Below, piece after piece: positions 1 to 13,362 of a DNA stretch of 64,000 nucleotides (positions within the stretch are counted from its first letter, which is position 1; the number at the start of each line of letters is the position of its first letter). Made by a program: the position numbers and the translations under genes. The DNA is from Geosiphon pyriformis uo1. Its lineage: Eukaryota > Fungi > Glomeromycota. A model generated the notes under the pieces. That model ran no database searches, had not been told where the DNA came from, and saw only the letters and a program-made list of their open reading frames with translations. The stretch covers positions 29,208-93,207 of the forward strand of contig JAAOMT010000521.1 in assembly GCA_016748015.1 (NCBI GenBank), in the 5' to 3' direction.

Positions 1-3000
1 CACTTGCTGGAGATAATGAAAATGATCATCAAATGTTTTTGAGAACACATTGGTGTTATCTAAATACATAACTACTAATTTCTATAGTAGTCTAGTATAA
101 ACAATTTCCATTAACTATTGAAATGTGGCTGGTGTATTGGTTAAGTCAAATAGCATTATTTCAAATTTGAAATTCTCTTTTCTTGTAATAAATGCCATCT
201 TCTTCTTATCTTCTGGTTTTATGGCTATTTGTCAGTAACTGTTATCTAGATCCAATGCTAAAAACCATTTTTTTTTCTAAAAGCATTGAATAATTCCTGA
301 ATCTGTGAAATTGGATAACTGTCTTTACGAGTTACACTATTGAGTTTTCTGTAATCTACACAAAAGCAGATTTTTTTATTTTTCATATAGACTAATATTA
401 CTGATAATAACTATAAGCTTATTAATAACTAAATTAGTCTATTGTTAAGCATTCAATTAATTTCTTAATAAATGATCTCATGGCTGGCTGGTGGTACTTA
501 GTATGCTCTTTGTTTAATTGGCATTGTATTTCCAGTCTTAATCTGGTGCTGGATTATGTCAGTTTTGCCAAACTCATTTTCACTTGCAAAAATATCAGTT
601 AAATTGTTGAGTAATATTCTGAGTTGCATACATTAAAGTGGGTCTAAGTTTTTCATGTTTATTTGTTCTAATTGTTCTGATTAAAACAAATAACATTTGT
701 TTCATTCATAAATAATTTGTGATATTATGTCAACATATTTACACAGTTGTGGAAAATCTGGAATGAAGTTTGGTGATTGGTTTTTGATTTCAGTGGTTAA
801 ATATCCAATGGTAATTTTTTTTAATATCTCGATAATGTCTTTTGTATTGTTGTAGATAAGAAATTTGATGTGATTGTGGTTCTTAACTGGTATGTATAGA
901 TTGACAAATTCAATCTCTCTGGATTTACAAAGTGTTGCTTCTGCTTTAAAAATCTGAATCTGATTCTTTATTTTTTTTTCTATGACTAACATGTACTAGT
1001 CATATGGTGGAATAAAAATTAATTAATAGGTGAAGATAATTTCTCTCTTGTTAATAACTTTTTTTTCTGCCATATTAACTGGTACTTCTATTCTACCCAT
1101 GAATTCAAATCCACTAATTTCTTTTGCTGTTATTCTCAATTTCTTTTTTTTTCTTACTGACACTAATTGAGCTATTTTAATCAGAGGCAGAAATATTGAC
1201 TGTGCTATCTTTTCATTTGACTTTATAATATATGTCTTTTTTAAGTCATTTTGTAGCATTGCAATAATATTTTTTACATATCCTGTATCAATTATTCTTC
1301 TTCTAATATTGATTTCTTTTTTTGCTAAACTACTCTTAGATACTAATTAAACCATTGTTGTTGCTGAGATTTTTAGTGTTATTTTGAAATCAATATAGGT
1401 GCATGAATGTAGTTCCAGTTTTATAGCTTCTTTTCTGAGATATTTTAGATTAAATCCTACATTAATATTATGCATACATTCAGGCATAATACCTTCATTA
1501 TTATTGCTAAACTATTTAAGTTCCTGTTTCTTAGAAAAATTAGAAAGTGTGATATACTGTTCTGAATTTGAATCAAAGTTTGAATCATTGTTATTTTCAT
1601 TGCCATTTTGAACAGAGCAAAAACCATTGTTTTCATCATCATTATTGTCAGAGTTTAAATTGGAGTTAAATGTTGATTCCAATTCTGATACACAACTGCT
1701 AATTGGTTCTTTTTTTTCTGGGATTGTATAGATTATGTATGGTGGTGAATTGTAAATAAAGTCATACTCATTACAATATTAAAAATCATATGAAATCAAA
1801 CAGTGGTTACATAATCAAGTATTTAGTTATTTTAAACATTGTTCTTGCTTTTCTCTAGTGAGTGCTAGATTTTGATAATGTTTGTGAAATTGTTTTGAGT
1901 TCATAACATCAAAGATAATATTAAAGTTTGGAGTCCAATTAAATTCTATGAGTTCTGGTGGATTATTTTTTTATTTCTCTTATTTTTTTTTTAATGCATC
2001 TTTGATTTTTGTGAAAGCCATTTACCAGATTTTATTGTTATTATGTAGACAATTATCTAAGTGTTTTACCATTCTTCTCTAAGCAACGTTTATTGGTGTT
2101 CTTTTGCATACTCAATTATTAATTAAAATCATGTATTGGCACAATTCATTGCACATTTTTCCTCTTCCAAAAATGTTGTTCTATATTCTTTTGTCAAAAA
2201 AGATTTCTCCACAAGCCAGACATGGTTTGTTGTCCCATTTTCCTTGTCACTTAGGTTATTCAAATTATTTAAGAATACATGGACAACAGTAATATTTTGT
2301 AGTCATTGGCCAGTCCTTATTATTACTACAACATATATTTATTGTTGACAATTTCTTACCACAATTGATGCAAATTAACTTGGATCAATAATAATTTGGC
2401 TGTGATTGAGTAGTAGTAGAGTATGTTGTCCAGTTAGAGATAGTGGCTTGAGTTTCTTTTTTTTCTTTTTTTTTCTTTTCCTTTTTCTTTTCATGTAGGT
2501 ACCAGTAGTAGATTGTTGTGGTTAGTGTTAGCCCATGAGACTTGGTAAGCTTCCCAAGTGGGTTTCTTCTCTTTTTTTTTAACTCTATTAGTGGCTGTTT
2601 GTTGGTAGTGATTCTGAAATGACTGCAGGTTGCTGGTACTCAAGTGTGTTGGCCATTCTAGCTAAGTTGTAGTTATTGGGTATTTCAGTCAAGCACAATG
2701 TTGGTCTTGAACAGCCAGTTATTATTAATTAGTGCTTGGTACTAGGTGGCTTCTATGATGAGGACTTTGATTAGCACAACAATGTTACTAACTTCAAAGA
2801 AGAAGTTATCAATTTTGTCTATTGGAGTCTTTGTTGCCCTATCAGCAGTAATTATTTGTACACTGGCAGTGTAATCAACTTGGCAACCTAATTGATCCAT
2901 AAATTGTTGAGTGATAATGCTGCCAGCTAATCTATTGTTTAAAATCAGTTTAATGAACTGACTATTAACTTTAGTATCTATATATATTGCAGTGATGGGT

Positions 3001-5307
3001 TTTAATTTTAGAGTGGTTTAACTGAATAGTAGCATTTCAACTGGTTTCTCAAATTCAAAAGGAAAGATGGTGGTAAGTAATTTATCTTTAGTTATAATTA
3101 CTGGTAGTATGTTGTTAATAAGTGGCTGCTTTTGTTTGGGTTCTAGCTTATTGGGTAAAGTGTCTTCTGGGGTAACTAAAAGACTTAAATAGTTCTGAAA
3201 ATTTGGGTTTTGGCTATACTCAATTCCCAAACTTCACTGCCATAATTCTGCTAACTGCTGAAATAAGCTAGAGATTGGCTAATGCATCACCATTACCAAT
3301 TACCAATTCTGTTAGATGTGTGCAATTTTCAGTCTCAAATTTCTGGATATCTGTACTGAATTTTAGGGCAGTATAGTAATAGATTGTGGTTGATAAATTA
3401 CTTGTGACTGCAGTTAATAAATAACTGAAACTGGAGTTTGATAGATTGGAAATATGTATATTGGTTGTTGTGTTATTTGTAAGTAATGGAGTTAATATAG
3501 ATATAATTCAGTTGATAAATTGTTGACATAGTTCTGAGTTTGAAATCTGTAATCAGAGTTTTAATATTAATTACCTGATTGTTAATTATTAATTTTGGCG
3601 TGGCAGTCAACTTTGATGTGATTTTGTTTACCACAATTATGACAAATATATGTTTCTTACTGCCATAATGATTGTGTTGCCATAGAACACAACTAATTTT
3701 GGTGCTGATTGATGGTTCTGGAATTGTTATAATATTGTGGCAGTTAATATATAGTTTGATTATTGTTAGCTAAGTACCCCTCTAGTTTCTGATTAATTAA
3801 ATCACTGATTGTTTCAATTTAGAATCCAATTCAGATGATCCGTTTATTATTAAATTAATGGCTTAGGCATGATTTGTTTCTAGTTTGGCAGATTCAAAAT
3901 CTTGTGCATTGGTAACTGTATCTTGAAGAGTTTATAAGTGCATTGGGCATATGTATTAGAGGATGCTACTGTGTAATCTACAGATAAACTGGTTTAGATT
4001 TATGATACTGTAAAGTAATTCACATTAATTGCTTGTATTTGGTATAAGTTTCTATAGAAGCATCCTAGATAAGTAGTGACTGTTTCAGTTTTCTTTTGCT
4101 TAATGGTGATGAAAATATTGGCTAAGTGGTTAATACTATTATTATTACTAAAATATCTCAAGAACTCTATTTTAAATACATCAAAGGTAATAAGTTTATT
4201 GATTAAGCTTTAATACTATAAATTGGCAGTATCTTGCAAAAAGTATAGAATGGCCTGTAAACTCCTGACATTATCTCAATTGTTAGCAGTAATTGCTTTG
4301 GTAACATCATTGAGCCAAACTTGGGCATTATCTTTTTTGCCAGTATTTTTTTCTAATTTGGCAATAGAAATATATGCCATTGATGTTACAACTTGTTGCT
4401 GTTGCTGTGGTGGTTGAGATTGCTGTTGTAGTTGCTGCTGGGGTGGTAATAGTAATTGCTGTTGCTGTTCAACAATTGGTAGGACTGGTGGTAGATCAAT
4501 TACAATTATTGAAAATAGGTTTTGGAGAACAATAGGAGTGATATTTGGATTATTCTGATTTTGCTAAGTTGAAATGATCAGGTTTTCAATTTCCAGTTTT
4601 TCTGAAATCAGAATTAGACTATTAATTTCTTGATTACTGTCTTTTTTTTCTTCAGAGTCAGTTATTTTCCAAGGATTAGCAGCTCCAAAATCTGGTTGTG
4701 TTAATGGTGATCAAATTTCTAATAGCATTGGAGATTACAATTTAAATCTTTCAAAATAATTGCCATATATTTCTACTAACTTGGCTTTCTTTTGTTTACT
4801 TTGGAATGGAATTCTGTTTAGTAGTGTTGTTATGTTTGCTGTAAACATGCCTGTTGATGTTATATTAATGATATTACTAGATGTGTAATGATATAAGAGA
4901 TTTGCAGAGGAATCAATTTATTGTTTTTTCCAAGTAAGTAATTGTATTTGCTTTGGGTTTTTTATTGGTGTTTGTAATTTTTTCTTTCTTTTGTTTGCAA
5001 AAGTGATGAAAAATCTTTGTTTAGTGTATTTTTTAATTTATTTGTTTATTTTTGTAATTATTGGGGCAAATAAATAATTCTGTGACAATATGGTAGTTTG
5101 AAATAGTTTATTAAAGAAATTGTTAAAGGCAAATTCTGGATCTCTTTGTCCTCTTAAGTAATATACAATTTTTTCATTAACATAACAATTGAAAATTGAT
5201 TCTGCTGGCCAATTATTATTTTTTAATCCCAGATGACTTTTGTAGTGCTGAAATAAAAATTTTGCAAATCCCAAATGGTTTGTTCCTGCTTCTTCTAATT
5301 TTGCCAC
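1..5307 (-). pseudogene. gag-pol polyprotein pseudogene of gypsy-1 (many stops and frameshifts)
   Basis: ORF fragments 5038-5370, 3018-3230, 1023-1259 and 702-992 align collinearly with the better-preserved polyprotein at 15637-19893. RT motifs continue to position 1. Confidence 0.88.
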
Positions 5308-5350
5308 TGTTTTGGATGGTTGTTGCTGGTGTTGGTTCTCTGTTGAATTA

Positions 5351-5369
5351 TATCTTACAAAGAGCACCA
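5351..5369 (-). promoter_or_regulatory. Primer-binding site of gypsy-1 (TGGTGCTCTTTGTAAGAT)
   Basis: A TGG-starting tract lies 2 nt after the LTR end ...TGTAACA and is complementary to a tRNA 3' end ...GAGCACCA. It resembles elongator Met or Ile(UAU) tRNA ends; identity not verified. Confidence 0.75.
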
Positions 5370-6243
5370 AATGTTACAAGTGATTATTTGGAATTTTTAA
5401 TCAAATAACAAACTTATAATTTGGTGCTAATAACTGATACAATAGTTATAATCTAAAGATTTTGGTTATTTGAAGACTTTGGTTGAAGTTTTTTGTATAA
5501 TGGATAGAAATTCAAATGTAATTCTCTTTTAGTAATGTTTCAAGTGTCAACCCTTGGGTTAAGTTGTTTTGTTTTGTTCATCACTTTCCAGAATCACAAT
5601 TCTATCAATTCTTTTCTTGGCATAGTAGTCAGCAATCTCCTAGTAAGCTATCCTCAAATTTAAGTATTTATCCTTATTTTTGGGTCTTTTACCAGTGCTA
5701 TATCTTGACATCAGTAACTTAGTACTTAATTTTTAAACAATTAATATACAACAATAAAGAGAAAAATAAAAGAAAGAAAAGTTTAACAAAAAAAAATAAG
5801 CCAAGACAGTATTCCATCAATAGCCATGATTAAAAGTTATTGTTCTAGTGTAGTCAAGTATGTAATACTATCAACATGAAGTGTTAATAGTAAAGAGTGA
5901 ATTAAGATAGCAAATAATTATTTATTGATATTTGTAAATTTAAAAATTGTTTAGATGAAATTTAAACTGAGAGGTCTGTCTTTTTTGCTTCTAGTGCTAC
6001 TATTATATATACATAATTGAGATTTCTCAATTTCTCAATTTTTCATATCAAAAATCCTGCAATTTTTTTGAGGAGAATTCTGGAATTCTGAAATCTTATG
6101 ATTTTTTGTACAAAAATTTTGAAATTTCTGAAATTCTACAATTTTTTTAAAAAGAATCCTGGAATTCCATATTTACTATGACTATTTTTAATTGACTAAT
6201 TTATATGTTAATATAATTTCTATATTCTATAAGTAACAGTAAT

Positions 6244-7102
6244 CATCATACAGACATTGATTGGTTTAAGTCATTTTTGGTGTAGTATCCTAATTTGCAT
6301 TTGGCCTTTAGCTTTATTAGTAAAGGCACTGCTAGTGCTTACATGTATTTTATGAAGGCTTTATATTACCAGCTTTATGTTGTTGTTCATAAGTGTTTGT
6401 ATATCAAATGTTATTCAAGTGTGATGTGTTTGTTTTGTGAGGATATTGAGGTTTTTAACTATGTTTTCTTTTGCTTGTTTGATTCTAATGTTCATGTTTA
6501 GTTGCTGAGCACCTATGCAGTTGATTGGGGGGTGCTTTCTGGTCTGTCTTATTTATTCTTATGTGTTTCATAGTGTTTGAGCTCCTGTTCTTTTAACATT
6601 GTTATTTATGTGACTCTGTATAAGAGTTTTGTCTTCAATGATTGGTATTGGGAATTTTTTTCTATTTTTAAAGATTTTAAAATCACAGATCAGATGATTG
6701 TGAACTTTATGTGCAGATTTTGTTTTGTATTTAGAGAGAGGATTTGGTTGGCTCATATTAAACACCAGGCTTTTAGTGAAAAGAATGGATTAATTTCATG
6801 TGATAGATCTGTTTTTGTCTCAATATTTGGGCTTTTTTTAGTCTTTTCTGCTGGTGTAATTAAACTGTTAAATGTTGTTAATATTTTAAGTATTGGTTTT
6901 GGTTTTTGCAAATTATGTAAGTTTTTTTCAGATATAAGTAGTGTGATTTTAGTTTATATAGATATATAGTGTTATTCTGATTAGTTTAAGTGGCTAGTCA
7001 TATGTGAAAAATGTATAATTCACACTTAGTTTAGATCACTTAGTTGATATATTGTACTGAGTAGTGTTTAAACCTCACTTATTAAATTAAATTAAAAAAA
7101 AA
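6244..7102 (+). mobile_element. 5'-truncated LINE copy (ORF2 C-terminus, 3' UTR, A-tail)
   Basis: Translates DIDWFK..V*YPNLHLA...CLFCEDIEVFNYVFFC...VYIDI*, homologous to 25350-26060. The same 3' UTR as the full copies follows, then an A-run at ~7094-7102. Confidence 0.9.
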
Positions 7103-8959
7103 TATATTACTAATTTTAATATATTTTTTATTAATGTAATAAAAAGTACAAAATTTAAATAAAAAGCAATAATAACTTATTTATTAGCTATTTTATTGTC
7201 TATAATATTCAAATATCTCTTAATTTTAGATTATTTAATCTAAAAATTCTTTCTTTTAATTAAATTTATTATATAATACTTTTTTAATTAATATTAATGA
7301 TAAAAATTAGAAACTATTAAATTTAATTCAGATAAATAAATATTTAATATTGTTTAATTATCTAAGTAAACTACAATACAACTAAAAAAAAGAATATATT
7401 TTAGAAAAAAAACAATTGTTTATAGTTTAGCCAAAATAAAAGAAAGCAAATTATTAATTTTAATTTTTATTATTAAATTAAAATCTTCAAAAAATACAAT
7501 AGGCTTATAATTTATATCAAATATACTCAAATTTTTTTAAGAACTATAAATATAAACATTTATAATATTCAAATTAGTTATTAAACAACGATTTTTTATA
7601 ATATAAAATTTATTAAAACACAAAATATTTAAAAATAATTTATAATATATAGTAAAAAAAATGTGAAAAAAAGTCTTATAATTCAAAAACTAACAGTTAA
7701 TTTAAATTAAATAAAAACAAAATTTTTGGAATCAAGCTTTTTTTAATAATAAAAACTTTTTTAATCAAAATCAAATTGTTTTTTATAAATAACTGTTTAA
7801 TAAATATAATATTAAATCTTTTAAGAAAATACTAAATATTAAAAAAAACAAAAACATCTAAGATATAAAATATTAAAATATAACTTACCAAACAAAATAT
7901 TAATATTAAATTATTTATATAAGAAAAATTATAATTCAAAAATATTTTAATTGTATTAGTCAAAAAATTATTCACTAAACTAATTTTTAACTTAACAAAA
8001 AATTGTTAAAAATGATTAAAAAACTAACTTAAAATCTGCAAATTTAGAAATCTATAGTTAAACAAACAACCAAAAACTTTATTTATATTTAAAAATATTA
8101 TTACTAAAATCATTTTGTTTTTAGCTTATATTTGTTTAAATTTCTTTAGTTTATATAATAAAAAATAATAAATAGTCTTATTAAAAAAGTTTTTTGATAA
8201 GCTAAAACTTTTTTTTAAAATTTTTTTTAATTAAAATAATTTATTTATAATACATATTTTTAGAAATAAAATTGAACTATATTCTATAATTAATTATTAA
8301 TTATAAAATAACTTATACTAAATATAAAAATTATTTGTTTATAATAGTTTTTTTCAAAATTATATTTGTAAAAAACTTAATATTTAAATCAATTTTAATT
8401 AAACTAAGTTTAAACATACCAAATAATAACAAAAAAATATTTAAATACTTATCAAATTTCTTTTTTTTTATAATTAAAATTGATAAACTACTAATAAACA
8501 AATATAATATTTTTAATAATTAATAAAAATTGCTATTATTATTAATTAAAATATTATTAATTTTAAAAAATTTATTTATAATATCTAAAATATACTATAT
8601 AATAGCTTGACTTTTTTTTATTTAAATTATATTATTAATAAAAGTACAAATAATAAAAAAATAAAAAATTAACATGATTTTTAATTCTACTTATTTTAAT
8701 AAAACACATAATATTAATTTTGTATTTACAGTTAAATCTAAGATAACTCATATTTTTAATAAATACAAATTGTTATAAATTATTACAGATTATAAGTTTT
8801 TTTATATTTAAATAAATATAGCATATATATAATAAAAATAAATTTATTTACATATTTTTATAAAAATTTTTAAATAGTTTATATAATATTAAAAAAATTT
8901 GTAAAAGTTGTTTGTTTTTGTTTATCTTATATTTTTTTATAAAATATATATTTAATATA

Positions 8960-10420
8960 AGTAAGCTTATTAACTATATCATAAAATTTTTAAGTTTTTT
9001 AAACTGTTTAAAATTTGTAATAGCAATTAATGCATCCTTAATACTCATTATTTTCTGTACTTCTTGTTTTTTATTAGAGTTATCATGCTTTGTTTTACAA
9101 TTTATTATAATATAATTTGTAATTTTATTATCATCTAAATATTTTAAAGTAATTGTATTGTTTTTTAAATAGATTTACCAACTTTTTAATTAATAAGTAT
9201 ATATAATTTGGCTGTATGCAATTAAATTTTTTTAGCAATTCTTAATTTTTTCCTAATATTATTTTTGATTATAATTAGTTATTATTTCTAAGTTTGTAGT
9301 TTTATTCTGAAAGTTATTATTTGTATTGATTAAAAAAATACCAATTTTGTGTTAGCAATAAACAATAATTTTATTTGAAATATTTTTTTATGCTCTATAA
9401 ATTAGATATATTGTTTAAAATTGGTTAATTATATAAATATTATTGATATTATAATCAAAAAAATTTAATACATAAAAAAAAATAGTGATAATAATATGTT
9501 TTAAAACAATAAATAATTTTAATATATATAAACTGAATATGTATTGTTAATTTAAATACAAATTGTTTTACATGAATATTTGTAATAGATTATATATTAT
9601 AATTATGATTAACAAAATTATTTACTAATAACAATATGTTTTGGTTTTTTTATATAGCTAATAATTCTAATTAACAATTTATTATTAAAAAAATATTATC
9701 AGTTATCTAAGTGCAAGTATTTGAATAATACTAAAAACCAAGTTGTTCTTCTGTTTTTTTTTAAAAACAATATAAATATTTAATATAATCAATAATAAAT
9801 AGTAACAAATATTCAGTTCTATAAGTATTGATTATAAAAGCAAATATTAGTTACACTTTTAATTTTTTAGTGCTATAATATTATATCAAAATTTCGATTT
9901 GATAATATAACATAAAATAGTATAATTTATTTATGTTGAAAATATCATATAATTTCCAATTAATAAGAAATATTATTATATATACTTACTTATTTTTAAT
10001 ATTTATAATATTATTTAATGATATATTATTATAAAAGTAAAGTGAATATGATTCAACATAGTTTTTAAAGCTCTTAAGCCAGCTATTAGATAGTTTTTAG
10101 CACTTATTTTCTAGAATATTTAATTAATTATAGAATTTTATGTTAGCAGCTCAAATTATATCTTTAGTAAGTATTATTTTATATAATTTTGTCTTTTAAA
10201 CAAAAATAATAAGTGCTTTATCAAAGTTAAAATTAAATATTGTAGATATATATTTACTAATTAAGTTATATATTGTATTTACTTATAAACAAAAATTTTG
10301 TTTATCTTTAATCTAAGCCAAAATTAAAAACTGATTTATATATAAAAAACAGTTTTTCTTAAAGTGTTTTGCAGTTTTTATTTGGTTTTATTATTTGCAT
10401 GATATTAATTAAATATTATA
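8960..10420 (-). pseudogene. Highly decayed pogo/Tigger-type (CENP-B HTH + DDE_1) transposase
   Basis: Minus-strand remnants occur in the correct order: KLSNSWLKSFK (cf. KASNGWLENFK, ~10065-10095), DIFNINK (cf. DIFNMDE, ~9930-9950), TIHIQFIYIKIIYCFKTYY (cf. TAHLQPMDAGIIRSFKAYY, ~9490-9550). Boundaries approximate. Confidence 0.65.
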
Positions 10421-10559
10421 AACTTATTATAAAGTATAATATTTTTATAACTTTGCAAAATACAAGCTAAAAAGATAGCATGCTTTTTGATATTAAATAT
10501 AATAGAATCAAAAAGCAAAAAAAAATACAATTAAAATTCTGATTAAATAAAACTAATCC

Positions 10560-11165
10560 AAAAATTCGACTTAATTATTCACATAATTAATAATAATTTA
10601 AAACTTAAAATAATTTAAAATTTTAATTTAATTATTTACACAATTAATAATAATTTAGAGCTTAAAACAAATTGAAACTTAACTTAATTACTTATATAAT
10701 TAATAATAATTTAGAACTTAGAACAATTTGAAACTTTAATTTGATTACTTATACAATTAATAATAATTTAGAACTTAGAATAATTCGAAACTTTAATTTA
10801 ATTACTTATATAATTGATGATAATTTAAAACTTAGAACAATTCAAAACTTTAATTTAATTATTTATACAACTAATAATAATTTAGAATTTGAGACAATTT
10901 GAGACAATTTGAAACTTTGACTTAATTACTTATAAGATTAATAATAATTTAAAACTTGAAACAATTTAAAACTTTAATTTAATTATTCATAAGATTAGTA
11001 ATAATTTAAAACTTTGAACAATTTGAAATTTTAACTTGATTACTTATATAATTAATAATAATTTAGAACTTAAAACAATTTAAAACTGACTTAATTACTC
11101 ATAATTAATAAAAATTTAAAACTTAGAATAATTTGAAACTTTGATTTGATTACTTACATAATTAA
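10560..11165. repeat. 57-bp tandem minisatellite, ~10-11 units
   Basis: TTAGAACTTA recurs at 10711 and 10768 (period 57). The unit is approximately GAAACTTTGACTTAATTACTTACATAATTAATAATAATTTAGAACTTAGAACAATTT, and units differ mostly by C/T and G/A changes. Confidence 0.92.
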
Positions 11166-13362
11166 TAATTATTCTGTTGAATAAATAATAATATATTATT
11201 ATATAGTATTTTTAATTATAGAAATATTGGTTTGCTTTACTGTAATTTTACTAAAATTAGCAAAATTTAAACTAAATTTAGCACTTAAAATAACTTATAA
11301 TGATAGTAAAAAGTTATAAATTATTGGATATTAAAGGTATAAGTTATAAACATAAGAATTTTTTAACTATTAAATTGGTAGATTCAAAATACTATAAGTT
11401 ATCTTAGTATAGTTATTTTAGGTTTGACTATATACAGATTTTTTTGTTTCTTTATTTTACATAAAAAAAGGTTAAAAATTTTTTTATAAAAGTAAAAAAA
11501 AACTTTATCTTAGTTCAAATTATTATGTATTTAATACTTATTTGTTAATCCAAAATCTGTTATTACTTAATTAACTTTGTTATTATAAATGTTATTAAAA
11601 AAATAAATAAACTTATTATATATCTTAACTTTATATAAATTATTTCTTAAATAAAATTATCTAATAGAATTATAAAATTTTTACATATCTATAAAATCAA
11701 CTAAAGTTTATAATTTTTTTTAAAGCATTTTTTAATACAAAACCAATAACAAAAATCAGAAACTTAGTTGTAATATCTTTGAAAACAGAAAAATTATTAT
11801 TATAAAAAATATTAAACTTGTTATATATTAAAAAAATTTAGAAAAAAATTTAGAAAAAAATTTTTTAAAAAGTTTTAATTAAAACTTTATTTTATTTATA
11901 TAGTTTAAGAATTATAGACATTTATATTTTTTATGATAAAAAAACTAATTTACAAACCAAATAAATATTTAAAAAATTTAAACTATATATAATACTAAAT
12001 TATTATAATGTATTTAAAGTTTATTAAAAATATCAAACAAATTAGCAATTTTTTTATTAGAAAGCTTTTTGATTATATTAAATATTTAATTAAAACCAAT
12101 AGTATTTATAACTTTAAAAAAAGCATTATTGTTTATATAATTAAGAAGTAAGTATTAATATTATTACAAAATAAAAATGTTTTTTAAAACTGTTTTTTTT
12201 TCTTGTTTACTTTTTATAATGATGTTTACTTTAAATTTAATATTACTAAAAACTAAAATCAACTTATTTTTTACAACCAAATAATTTAAAACTATTTTTT
12301 AAAATAAGTACTTTAAAATATTCTTAATAATATAATTTTTTTTGATTATAAAGTTTTTTATATACTTAAAAATAGCAAATCTATAATATGACTTTTGTAT
12401 ATCATATAAAATGAAATAAATATTATTAAAATTAGTATTAACATTTAAAAAAGCTTAAACAAAATTAGTATTTATATTATTAAAAAATTTTTAACAATTT
12501 ATTAACAATATAAACTTTATATTTAATTTAATTCATAATTTTTTAACAATTTTAAATACCAAAATTTTAAGCTTGTATAATTTAAATAACAGCTTAATAA
12601 AAACATTAATATACTTTTTATGTTATAGAAAAAACTTTATTAGCTAAAAAATATACTATTTTTTAAATTATATTTTACATAATATCTAAATCTAAAAATT
12701 ATTATAAAATAACAAATTAATGTAAAACAACATAAAATTAGCCAATATAGTACTTTTAAATTAAAACTATTTAATATTATTTATATTTTTAATATTAAAT
12801 TTTTATCAATTTTTGTTTGCTTATTTGTAAAAAAAAACCCAATTACATATTTAAAAGTTTATTTAAAACAATAAAAATAGTAATTAATATTAAAAAAATT
12901 ATTAATATTTGTTATATTTTTGTTAATTATTGTATTAATAAAACTAACAAAAATAAAAATAAAGTTAATTGTTTTTATTATATCTTTGAAGTTTATTTAT
13001 ATAATAATTTTAATAATTATATTTTTTATTAAAAAATTAACTAAACTTAAATCCTAGAATTTTTTAAAATTAATATTTTTTCAAGACTTATTTTTATTAA
13101 ACTTATTATTTAAAATCATAAAAAAAACTTATGTTACTAGTATTTTAGAATTTGATAAAAATGTTAGGCATATTATTTAAGAAAAAAACAATAAAATAAA
13201 AAAACTATATTTTTATTTAACTAATATTAATAATTAATTTAAACTCTTTCTTTCGTTGATCCTCTGGTCACAACGAGAGCTTTGAGTCGTCATTGAAATA
13301 GCCTTCCTTTTCCCTTTCCCTTTCACCTTTCTCCAGTTATTTCTTCAGACATTCCCCTTTTT

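Larger units (their letters stand above)
1..6007 (-). mobile_element. Decayed Ty3/gypsy LTR retrotransposon (gypsy-1): 5' LTR-PBS-gag-protease-Cys-rich domain-dUTPase-RT, running off the window start
   Basis: Minus-strand translation gives the Gag zinc knuckle CHNCGKQNHIKVDC (~3600-3650) and a decayed protease IKLILNNRLAGSII (~2915-2955, cf. LDSGSAGS). It also gives dUTPase motifs (~1090-1520) and the RT motifs FCVDYRKLNSVTRKDSYP, MLFDLTNTPATF and YLDN (1-370). The LTR 3' end TGTAACA is at 5372-5378. The outer LTR boundary (~6007) is approximate. Confidence 0.9.

Noticed and set aside
6020-6170. Short GAAATYCY-type repeats (similar at 53830-53925) as a defined element
   Set aside because: They are too degenerate to define a unit, TIR or boundary.
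10560-11165. CRISPR array
   Set aside because: Units are contiguous with no unique spacers, there are no cas genes, and the context is eukaryotic.
8335-13032. Short I/K/N/F-rich ORFs in AT-rich DNA (also 35778, 44566, 61863)
   Set aside because: They are compositional artefacts with TTG starts and no motifs.
13223-13245. TSD for LINE-A (AATATTAATA at both ends)
   Set aside because: The match is low-complexity and not adjacent to the inferred 5' end. The same doubt applies to LINE-C's TTTTATTATTTA.
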